NCBI GenBank assembly: GCA_025594325.1
Contig: JANHCV010000004.1
Span: 744,001 to 808,000, forward strand
Length of the DNA: 64,000 bases
DNA from: Blastocladiella emersonii ATCC 22665
Lineage: Eukaryota; Fungi; Blastocladiomycota
Direction: 5' to 3'
This document shows, piece by piece, positions 1-9,274 of the stretch. The notes under the pieces were generated by a model. That model saw nothing but the letters and a program-made list of their open reading frames with translations, was not told where the DNA came from and ran no database searches. Numbering within the stretch: position 1 is the stretch's first letter; every line of letters starts with the position of its first letter. The position numbers and the translations under genes were made by a program.

Positions 1-2313
1 CAGCTCGACATCCACAAGCAGCTCCTGTGCTACTACCGCGACGAGCTCGTCGCCCTCAACGACCTGCGCCGCTCCGGCACCGTCGCGCCGCCGTTCCTCC
101 GCAAATCGGTCGAGAAGACTACGGCGCACTGGCAGATGTGCGCCCTCAACTGCGTCGTCCAGCGCATGCGCGTCGGGCCCACCATGCCCGTCGCGTCCGG
201 GTTCGGCCCGCTCGGGTCCTCGTCGGGGACTTCCTCGACGCCCTCGTCGCGCCGCAGCAGCATGATCCTGTCCGCGAGCCCCGCCCCCGTCCAGGACGAG
301 GCCGCGTACAACTACTCGGTCATCACGTTCGGCGCGCCCACCGCGCACGCGCTCGGGTACTCGTCGTCGTCGACGTCGGGCAGCGGCGCCGGCGTCAACC
401 CCGTCGGGAACAGCGTCAACGCGACGTCGCCCGGAACCGGGTTCGGCCCGAGCACCGCGGCGCCGACCATCGTCAACGGCGCCAAGGTCGTGGCGACGCG
501 CGACGCCGACACGCTGATGGCGTACCACGCGACGACGGCTGCCGCAGGCCGCCGCCGCGAGCTCGAGGACCGCCACGCCGCCTTCACCGCGGCGGCGCGC
601 GAGCTGCAGGCGACCACGCTCGACACGTTCAAGGACCCGACGACCGCGCAGGTGTCCGGGCTGATCACGGCCGTGGGCGGCGCCGCCAAGGAAGTCGCCA
701 CGCTCGTGATCGCGGTCGCGCAGGCGCTCAAGGACATGGACGAGGACTCGCTCGGCGGGTACCAGGCGCACGTCACCGAGGTCGGGTTTCAGCTCATGGA
801 GGAGTGGATCCCGCTGCTCATGGTGCGCGGCCAGCAGCTCGCACTGCTGCTCGACGCGGCCTCGTTCGAGGCCTTTGCCGAGACTCTCGCCACGGTCGCC
901 GACCACGTTACCCTGGGTATCGACGGCGCCACTGCCCTGCTCGACCACCACATGCTCCTCCTCGACGCCCAGTACGCGTCGCCGACCACCTGGCAGCTCT
1001 CGCGCCGCCGCGCCGACTGGATCTTCTCCCAGTGCCTCGGCGCCGTCGTCACGGGGCTCGAGGAGACGGTCCGCGGGTGGACCCGCGCGGCTGACGCCAA
1101 GTCGGCGTTGATGGCGTCGCCGGACGCGGTGCTCGCCGCCAAGGTCGCGACCGTCACGGCCGCGTGGGGCGTCTGGACCCAGGTCGGCTGGCTCACCCAG
1201 TTCGAGTCGCTGCTGTCGTCGCAGGGCGAGGAGCTCGGCATGCTCACCGACATGAAGGCCGCGCTGTTTGACGTCGAAAAGTCGGTCTCGATTGCCCTGC
1301 ACGCGCTTGACGACGACGGCGAGGAGGCGGCCGGCGACGCCGAGTCCGTCAACAACGTCGTGCCCGACTCGGCCAGCACCAGCAGCAAGAAGACGGCCAA
1401 GGCCGCGGCAGCCGCGCGCCGGCTCAAGTTGGTCCGCATCGACGGCGAACGCGGCGACCTCGTGGTCTCGATCGGGATCGAGCGCGCCGTGTACGACCGC
1501 CTGCCGCGGCGCGACGCCAAGGCCAAGGTAGTCCCGCTGCTCTTCACCCAGGGCATCAACGAGCAGCAGTCGCTGTCCAACGTGTTCGGCGGCAGCAAGG
1601 CGCAGGACGCCATCAACCGCCAGAGCTACGACAAGCTGCAGCGGTTCGTGGGCGCGTACCGCGACCACGTCGGGTCGCTCAGCGCCGACGCCGTCTCGGC
1701 GCCCGCGGCGCGGTCGTATTTCGAGTACGTCAAGATGCTCGTGCACCACTTTGAGCAGATCCTGGGCGGGTCCGAGATCAAGCTCGCCGGCGTCATGTCC
1801 ACGGTCGTCGACGAGGCCTCGCTCAGCGGCGGCAGCGCGCTGAGCGTCGGGACCAACGTCGCGGTCTCAGGCCTGCGCCGCGTGCTCGGCGCCGTCAGCG
1901 GCGGCGCGCGCGCCAAGAACACGGACATTCTCGTCATGGCCGCGCACATCACGCGCGTGCTCGGGTCGCTGCACCTGCTCATGGCCGGCAACGTCGAGGT
2001 GCACGACCGCCTACCGCCGTTCGGGTGCATGCCGTCCACGACGACGCGGTTCACGTCGTGCAAGTCGGCCAAGGACCGCACGTCCATGTCGGTCACGCTC
2101 GAGCAGTGCTTCATCCTGCAGGCGGCGCACCTCATGTCGCCCGGCGACTTTGAGGGCATGCTCACGGCGATGCGCGCGTGCGGGACCCGCATGCGCAACG
2201 TTGAGCGCAATATCGGCAAGCCGACGTACGCGTTCAACGCGATCCAGTGGAACATCCTGCCCCGGCTGTACCGCCCGCCAAAGTACACGATCAACCAGGG
2301 CGCACAGTCGTGA
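1..2313 (+). CDS. INPP4: Type I inositol-3,4-bisphosphate 4-phosphatase (INPP4-like), 5' part outside the window
   Basis: Frame 1 is open from base 1 to the TGA at 2311-2313 with GC-rich third positions. The catalytic CX5R motif CKSAKDRTSMSVTLEQ (2059 onward) and the following G.R..N...NIG...YAFN..Q...LP..YRPP tail are typical of INPP4A/B. Confidence 0.9.
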   Translation, partial: QLDIHKQLLCYYRDELVALNDLRRSGTVAPPFLRKSVEKTTAHWQMCALNCVVQRMRVGPTMPVASGFGPLGSSSGTSSTPSSRRSSMILSASPAPVQDEAAYNYSVITFGAPTAHALGYSSSSTSGSGAGVNPVGNSVNATSPGTGFGPSTAAPTIVNGAKVVATRDADTLMAYHATTAAAGRRRELEDRHAAFTAAARELQATTLDTFKDPTTAQVSGLITAVGGAAKEVATLVIAVAQALKDMDEDSLGGYQAHVTEVGFQLMEEWIPLLMVRGQQLALLLDAASFEAFAETLATVADHVTLGIDGATALLDHHMLLLDAQYASPTTWQLSRRRADWIFSQCLGAVVTGLEETVRGWTRAADAKSALMASPDAVLAAKVATVTAAWGVWTQVGWLTQFESLLSSQGEELGMLTDMKAALFDVEKSVSIALHALDDDGEEAAGDAESVNNVVPDSASTSSKKTAKAAAAARRLKLVRIDGERGDLVVSIGIERAVYDRLPRRDAKAKVVPLLFTQGINEQQSLSNVFGGSKAQDAINRQSYDKLQRFVGAYRDHVGSLSADAVSAPAARSYFEYVKMLVHHFEQILGGSEIKLAGVMSTVVDEASLSGGSALSVGTNVAVSGLRRVLGAVSGGARAKNTDILVMAAHITRVLGSLHLLMAGNVEVHDRLPPFGCMPSTTTRFTSCKSAKDRTSMSVTLEQCFILQAAHLMSPGDFEGMLTAMRACGTRMRNVERNIGKPTYAFNAIQWNILPRLYRPPKYTINQGAQS

Positions 2314-2717
2314 GTGGGGATCGGCGGGGAGTGTTTGTGAATATGTAACAACAGAGTTGGGTGTAGCAGTCTCTCGCGCGGCTGGACTTGAAGAATTGGC
2401 CGCGCTCGCCGCGGAGGCCGTCGGGTATGCTCATCAGGGCCTCGGTGGAACTTCAAGTTGGAAGTACGTGTTTCTTGATCTGCGGTGCGAGCCTGAGGTC
2501 CACCGGAGCCCAACAAGCTTGCTCAGCACGCCGCTCGACCGTGGCCCGGCCGGGAGCTCTCGATCCCGATTTACTCGTGCACGGCAGAACCGGCAAAAGC
2601 TCTGCCCCAAACACCAATGCAGGCTGTCCCGAACAATAACAAGTGGTGAATTCCTGATACCGTCGAACGGCGGATCGAGCGAGTGAGAGTGATGTCATGG
2701 CGCGGGTGGTCACCACG

Positions 2718-2740
2718 GACGCGTCGCGAAATCACGTTTT
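2718..2740. promoter_or_regulatory. Compound MCB (ACGCGT) + SCB/E2F-like (CGCGAAA) element
   Basis: GACGCGTCGCGAAATCACGTTTT is an exact 23 bp reverse-complement match to 41879-41901. Functional assignment is inferred from the yeast and animal consensus sites. Confidence 0.45.
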
Positions 2741-3399
2741 TGTCTCCACTCCGGTGCGAGACGCGCCGCGCCCGCCGGCTTCGCGCTCGCGAATCGTCCC
2801 CCACGCCGCTCGGATACTAAACGCGCCCGTCCGAGTGACCCGTTGCTGTGCAGGTTGTATCCCGTGACCCGAGTCAACACTCGGTGCAGCAGAACACGCG
2901 CGCGGCGCGCGCGGCGCGCGGCCCTCAAAAGGCGGACCGGTCCCCGGCCATCCCCCCGCTCTTGGAAAAGTGCGAACTGTCGTCTGTCGTTGCAATCCCG
3001 CGTGACCTAGCTCGATCACTGAACCACCTTGTGTAAAAAGGGCGCGTCATACGTTACCTAAACGGAGGCGCGCTCGCCGGAAACGGAACAAGGCCGGGCA
3101 AGGATGGTCACGCACCCCCAAAAAAGGAGATATCCATTTAAAAAAAAAAAAAGAGGCCGACTGCTGCCACGGACTACACATTCAAAAGAGGCTTAAAAAA
3201 CGCAGATCGCAAACTAAATCAAAAGCCCAAAAAAAAGACGATCAGTGCTGTTAAGACAACAAAGGACAGATGGACATCGGAAGTTCGCCCGCCGTGATGG
3301 AGGTACAGCGTTAAACTTTGGGCCCGTCGGGAAAAACACCCTCGGGTTATGTGGGAATAACCGCCGATAGACTCGATCGGATGTGTTGCTAGTTTATTT

Positions 3400-4970
3400 C
3401 GCGAGTGTTTCTCGTCTGGACTTGGTCGACTCGGCCCTGCTTCTCGCGTGAGCGAACCTTCGCGTTCGAGACGCCACTCACGTGCGTTTGAACGACGCGT
3501 TCGAGAACCCGTGCCTCCCCACGACCGTACCTCACTCCCTGTTTTTGAGCGTTGCTTCACCTCTCCGCTTGACACTGAGCATCGACTTGAACCCAGGAGC
3601 AAACGCAGCGCCGGTTGAACTTGACAAGCTGAATACATCGAGGAACCTCTAGCGTCTCTTACGATCGCGATGCAGGTGGAACTGAAGCAACGTCGCCTGC
3701 ACCGAGTGCGAGATGAGTTATCTCGAACCGACGTAGTGTGCGAGCTCGATAGCGCTCGCAGACGAAGCATTCGAGCGACAAGTCGCCGAGCAGCAGGTGC
3801 GGGCAAGCGGCAGCGTCCGTCGTGGTTATACCGACGACGAGAGTGCGACGGGCCGACTTGACCCTGTGGGTCTATCGCAGCTGCTTGAGCTCGCTCAGCA
3901 CGTCGTCACACGACGCCGCCGCCCGCTCAACGTCGTCCGTGTTGGATTAATAAGGATCGGTGACCCGAAGGTGGTCAGCGACGATTCGGCGCTCCTCCTT
4001 ACACATGAATCACACGTCGTCGGATCGGAGCAGCTCGGCGACCTCAAGCGGGGCGCGGCGCTGCTCGAGTGCGGCCGCGCGCGTCACATCGACCGGCGAG
4101 GGTTGCGCGAGTTGGCGCTGCGGATCAGCACCGCCGACGAGCTCGAACTTGGGCGACTGGCGCAGGTGCTCGGGGCGGCGATGAAGGGGAACGACGTGCT
4201 GCAGGCTGCGCGCGCCGAGGTCGCAGCTGTGGAACCAGACGGCGAACGAGTCGGAGCCGCGGAACCACCAACTCCAATCGAGTTCCATATGTGCGGGAGC
4301 GACCGCTGCGAGGGCAGCGCGGGCGCACTTGAGGAACTGGTGGACGAGGTTCGCTGTCGCGTCGGCCACGGCGACGCGGAAAAGCGCACCTTTTTGTAGA
4401 GCGCCAAAACCTCGAGCGCGCGGTGCGAGAGCGCGTAGAGAAGCGGCAGTAGGATGTCCCGGAACGAAATCGACTTGCCGCTGATGAGGCACAGGGTCGG
4501 CAGAGTAGTCGTCGTGGCACGCGAGCTCGCGGAAGGCATGCAGGGTACGGCAATCTGCAGCGACGGCGAGGAGCAAACCAGCTGGATTGCCGTCGAGCTG
4601 GCGCAGAAACTTGGCGAGAAACTTGGCGGTCCGCTGCCTGCTGAGGTCAGCGTGACCGAACGGCCGCAGGTCGGCGTCGACAGCGAGCCGACTCGAATGC
4701 GCGAGAGACGGCATGAAGTACAGCCGGCCGGGTTCTCGGCCGTGACAGGAGCCCAGAGCACATCGCGGACGTCGTCGGCAATGTCGCGAGTGGGCTCGGG
4801 CCCACTGCGCGGGGAGGCGGAGGCCAAGCGATGCGATCCATGAACGAGGCCGAGATTGGTGAAGGCAAAAAAGAAGCTGGTCGAGCCCTGAGCGGCCGAA
4901 AGTCCGATGAGGGGAGCGACGCCGTGCAAAAGCTGATCACGAAGCTCGAGGAGGATCGGGGCGACTTACA
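3400..4970 (-). pseudogene. Degenerate gene of unknown family
   Basis: One minus-strand frame with coding-like codon usage (ORF 4010-4714 and its continuation DDV*FMCKEERR...DPY*SNTDD...KQLR*THRV...PHLLLGDLSLECF) is broken by in-frame TGA, TAA and TAG. A probable frameshift lies near 4730. Boundaries are approximate. Confidence 0.35.
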
Positions 4971-5274
4971 CGAGGCGAGTGCGAACCGACGACTCGGCAG
5001 ATGGTGCCGGACAGTCGGCAGCGCGTTGCATGAGGTTACAGGTCGAGATAATAGTGTCCCATGGTGTCCAAAGTGCGAGGCGGCCGTGGCCAGCTGGCTT
5101 CTTCTTCTCCTCGAATGGCGCCCGCGACGCGTTCTCTCTCTCGCTTCCGCGCGCGATGCACATGTCATGAAGAAAGATGTGATATGCTCGAAGGGTAACA
5201 TGAAACCTTGTTTACAAGACGCTCTCAGCGCAACAACGACCTCGGGAGTACCCTTGAAGGCGTGGCGGCGACCT

Positions 5275-5781
5275 TTACGCGAGGCCGTGGTGGACGGGGA
5301 GGATGGCCGTGGCGTCGCTGCCAAAGTCGATGCCGTTGTGATGGTCGAACACGGGCAGGATGTGGAAGTCGCCGCCGTCCGCGGGCGACGGGTCCCAGGT
5401 GGACGGGTCGCCGCTGAACAGGCCGCCGTGGTCGACCGAGCTGTGGTTGCCCCACTGGTCCTGCTGCTGCCACTGGTTCTGGGCCTGGAAGGCGTCGCCG
5501 CCGTGGTTCTGCTGCCACTGCGACTGGGCCTGTGACTGCGCGCCGTGGTCGCCAAACTGGGTCTGCGACTGGGACTGGGACTGCTGCTGTGCGGGATCGA
5601 CCGAGTTGTGGCCCTGGAACTGCGACTGCGACTGCGACTGGGACTGGTTGCCGTCGTTGCCGAACTGGGTCTGCGACTGCGACTGCGACTGCTGCTGAGC
5701 GCCGTTGCCGCCCCACTGGCCCTTGAACTGCGAATGGGACTGCGACTGGACGGCAGGGACGAAGATCGGGCCGAAGGTCAT
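5275..5781 (-). CDS. Small Gln/Ser-rich repeat protein (prion-like or amyloid-like composition), 168 aa
   Basis: ATG at 5781 after a CA-rich leader. Imperfect repeats QQQSQSQSQTQF / NQSQSQSQSQF / QSQAQSQW; single exon with GC-rich third positions. Confidence 0.75.
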   Translation of the reverse strand: MTFGPIFVPAVQSQSHSQFKGQWGGNGAQQQSQSQSQTQFGNDGNQSQSQSQSQFQGHNSVDPAQQQSQSQSQTQFGDHGAQSQAQSQWQQNHGGDAFQAQNQWQQQDQWGNHSSVDHGGLFSGDPSTWDPSPADGGDFHILPVFDHHNGIDFGSDATAILPVHHGLA

Positions 5782-6433
5782 CTTGGAGAGGTGTTGGTAG
5801 TGTGGGTGTGGTGTCGTTGAACGAGGAGCTGATGATCAACCCGGTTTGAGGAGGCGGGGGAGCAGCCCGTACCTATAGCACTCGGCATTGCGTGCGACCT
5901 TATTTTTGAGCCTTCATGGGCGAAGCGCTCGATGCCAGAGTAGGGGCATGGCGGTGAAGTGACACGGCGCGCGGTTCACGGACGCGGAAGCGGCGCCGCA
6001 GCGCGCCGTAGTTCCAGCAGAAGGCTGCGGCTGCGGTCAGCGGCGGCTGCGGATTCGACCGGAACCCGGTGCACCGTGCGCTGCCGAAGGCAACCTAAGA
6101 AGCGAGACGCAAGCGGGAGGGAAGCCGTGGAAGCGGGAAGCGGTGACGCGCGATCGAGTGGCGGTGGCTTAGCCCCGGGTGGCTCAGCCGCTGTGAGCAA
6201 CGCGGTGCGTTTCACATGGCCGCCGGCTCGACGGACAGAGCAGTGTCCGGGAATTACATGGTTGGAGGTCATGTTAGTCGTACCCGAACCTCGGGAAGCA
6301 TCATCAATTAAATGTCGAGAGGCCATCGAGAATGAGTGAGCACAAGAATCGATCAAATTACACACGAAACAGGCAAACAGCAGATTTTGGTTTAAATGAG
6401 AGGTATCACGAACTGAAACGCAAAAGAGAAGAC

Positions 6434-7420
6434 TCAAGAAACAAGGGCAGCGGACCGCAGGACCACGACGGGCGATGGGGTGGTTGGGAGAACCTTGACG
6501 CCGCGCTGCTTGGTCGAACGCGGCTTGGGCTCGGACAAAACGGCGGGCGCCTTGACGGTACTGGATGCACCGCCCAGGAGCCTGCCGATCCGGGCCGTGA
6601 AGGACGACCAGCGGGAGGTCGACTCGTGGTCGTCGACCAGCGTCTGATCGGACCCGAGCTCGGCCGAGAGGACGGCCAGGTTCGAGTCGACGACGTTGAC
6701 GACGTTCACCTCAACGGCCTCTGTCGCCGCCGCCACTACCTTCAACTCGGGGTCCACCGCAACCAGCGGCGCACTGCCACGGTGGCCAGCACGGCGGCAG
6801 ACCTAGCGCAGCACTTTGCCAGCGGCGCTACGCTTCTTCTCGGCGGTAGGGGCAGCGGCGGCGGGGGCGGGACACGAGGCGATCTCCTTGATGGGCGCCG
6901 CAATCGACGCGAGGGTGTCGACGGCAGCCGGAATCTGGTCGGTCGGGGCGGCGGGAGCGACAGCAGCCACAGCGACGGTCGTGGGCTCGAAGGAAGCGCG
7001 CAGGGCTGCCACATGTACCTCCGCGAGCGACTTGAGCACGACCGCCGCCGCCGTCGCGGGACCCGCAGTAGCCGACTTGAACTTGATGGTATTGACCTGC
7101 ACGAAGTAGCCGTTGTCGCCGACGAACTTGACGACGTGGATCTGGTCCGAGGACCGCGAGCAGGCCGAGCGCGGGCTGGTGCCGGCGGGCGAGTTTGGAG
7201 CAGACGCGAGCTGCTCGAAGCGGTCCTTGAGGTCGCCGACCTTGGGGGTCGGCGTCGAGTCGACGGCGCACTCGTTGTCGGCGACCTTGTTGTCGGGCAC
7301 GTTGCAGCTACTGGTACCGTTCGCGGGAGCGACCACGACGCGGAGCGGGCGCTTGAACGAGGACACGGACGACTTGGGCGACGACGAGGCGGGGGCAGCA
7401 AGAACAATCGAGGCAGACAT
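6434..7420 (-). pseudogene. Ala/Ser/Val/Pro-rich hypothetical gene with one in-frame TAG at 6803-6805
   Basis: ORFs 6803-7420 and 6434-6757 are in the same frame, separated only by KVLR(TAG)VCRRAGHRGSAPLVA. TATA box upstream. Confidence 0.55.
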
Positions 7421-7511
7421 GGTGGTCGTATGTAGAACAGAGTCTGTGTCGAGAGAGAATCCTGTTGAAGGTTAGAAAGCAGAGCTGGAGGAGAGCGGGG
7501 GCTCGTCTGAG

Positions 7512-7518
7512 TTTTATA
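7512..7518 (-). promoter_or_regulatory. TATA box (TATAAAA) of the 7420 gene
   Basis: GCTATAAAAC on the minus strand about 90 bp upstream of the ATG. Confidence 0.6.
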
Positions 7519-8011
7519 GCGTAGCTGCTCAGTGAGCTCTCAGCTGCTTCGACCCTCGCCGTTCCAGTCAGTCGCCTTTATGAACAGCAAGATGAGCAAG
7601 GCTGTGAGTGGTCCGAGGGGAGTCAGCCCGAGGTGGCGCAGCGGCTGGCCGAGCTGAGCCACATCGCGTCGCGTTTCAGCACCGCCGTCGCTTCCCCTTT
7701 GCATTATGCCTCAGGACGCGGACTCGATCGGCTAGCGCTTCCTTCAGCCTGCATGTGCTGTACGGGATCGGGACCTTGCGGCAGGCCGAGGCCTACTCGA
7801 CCATGATCCGAGTCTCGCGCGACACCCTCACGGAACGCACCTCGCGGTCAGCTTCGCTCTCCCACTCTCTGACATTGCTTCACTGAGGCGTTGGTGGTGG
7901 TAAAATCAGTGCCGGATGAATTTCGATGATAGGCTGTACAGCTCAGGTGACAACACAACGACGACGACCACTCGCACACGACGGCGTGCATTTCTTGGAG
8001 AAGGCCGGCGT

Positions 8012-8755
8012 CTACTCCTCGGGGACGCGGCGCTCGGCAAACTGGCGCGTCGCGTCGCGCAGCTTGTCGACGGGCGCCGTCATGCCGCCGACAATCGTCT
8101 CGGCGAGCGGCTTGTCGGGCGCCGACGGGTGCGGGTGTGTCGGCGCGATGCGCTTGGCGCCTGCGTGGGTCGTTCGGGGGTGAGCGATGTCAGTGATCAG
8201 GTCCGACATCACACGGGATCGCGAGCGAACGAGACGAGGGAAACGCACCCACGAACTTGTGGCCGAGGCGGATCATACCGTCGTCGCCGATGAGGGCGCG
8301 GAGGCGCGGCAGGTCGCGCTCCTCCTCCTCGAGCGCGTGCGTCTTGAGCTCCGAGATGATGCGGCCGAGCAGCGGCGCGTGCTGCACCGACTTGACGTCG
8401 TGCTTCTCGAGCTCGTACAGCATCTCCTTGACGCGCTGGTGGTCGCCGCGCAGCCCGTCCGCGACCGCCTTGGTCTCGTACGTCTCGATGTCGCCGTACA
8501 CGGTCTGGTTCGCGAGCGGGGAGGGTGTCAGTGTGCGCGATCACCGAGCGGAGTCATGAAGAGAGCCCGCACCGTCTCCTCGGCCGCCGAGTGCACGGCA
8601 ATCTCGCGCACCAGCTCGTTGGCGATGGCCTGCTGCTCCTCGTAGCGGCCGGCCGACGCGCAGTACCGGTCGTACAGGTCCCACAGCGACTGGTGGTCGA
8701 GGCGGATCAGGTCGTCGACGCCGCGGTTGCTCTGCTCGTTCGAGAGGGCCTGCAT
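8012..8755 (-). CDS. Hemerythrin / HHE cation-binding domain protein (3 exons: 8755-8573, 8504-8249, 8160-8012)
   Basis: DH...L, EIAVHSAAEE, DHQRVKEML, HALEEEERDLP and APTHPHPSAPDKP motifs. Both introns are GT..AG and restore the frame. Confidence 0.9.
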
Positions 8756-8855
8756 GGTGGTTGTTGATGCGTAGGTGTGTCGGGGGTGTCGATGCGTGGA
8801 AGGCAGCGGGCACTGGGGAGCGAGAGCGAGGGCGTGGGCCGGGAGCGACGCGAGC

Positions 8856-8861
8856 TTTATA
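8856..8861 (-). promoter_or_regulatory. TATA box of the hemerythrin gene
   Basis: GCTATAAAGC about 100 bp upstream of the ATG at 8755. Confidence 0.55.
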
Positions 8862-9152
8862 GCCCTGCCGTGTCGGGACGAGTGCGAGGTCGGGAGAGGG
8901 GCGGCCGCGGGTGGGTGTGCCCGGCGGGGCAGGGCCGATGGACGGCGACGCGAAGATGAGCGCGACCACGTCACCGCTGTGGCCTGCGCACGGCACGCGT
9001 CCCCGCGGTCTCACTCAGCCCTCTCCTCTTTGGATCGGCGCCGATGCAAATTGCCGCACCGCCCGATCACCGACCGAGCGCGGGAACACTCACCCGACCG
9101 GCCGACCGACCTGCTGAGCGGGGAGGGCGCGCGTGGGCGCAACGCGTCGCGT

Positions 9153-9182
9153 CGCGTTCGCGTTCGCGTTCGCGTTCGCGTT
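9153..9182. repeat. (CGCGTT)5 hexanucleotide microsatellite
   Basis: Five direct copies read from the sequence. Confidence 0.9.
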
Positions 9183-9274
9183 CGAGGTGGCTGAGACACG
9201 CGTCATTGCCCTCGCCATCGTCGATCCTAAGCGAGTGGGTATATTCAATCACGCCCGCTGATGCATACGGCGTG

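Noticed and set aside
2290-2698. Minus-strand frame MTSLSLAR...HVLPT*SSTEALMSIPDG as a gene
   Set aside because: Interrupted by TGA, overlaps the INPP4 3' end and has no recognisable homology; not supportable without a search.
3049-3065. U1 snRNA-like start (ATACGTTACCT)
   Set aside because: Imperfect match, with no downstream U1 stem-loops or Sm site recognisable.
3119-3240. A-rich tracts as a retroelement poly(A) tail
   Set aside because: No TSD, RT or SINE-like head was found nearby.
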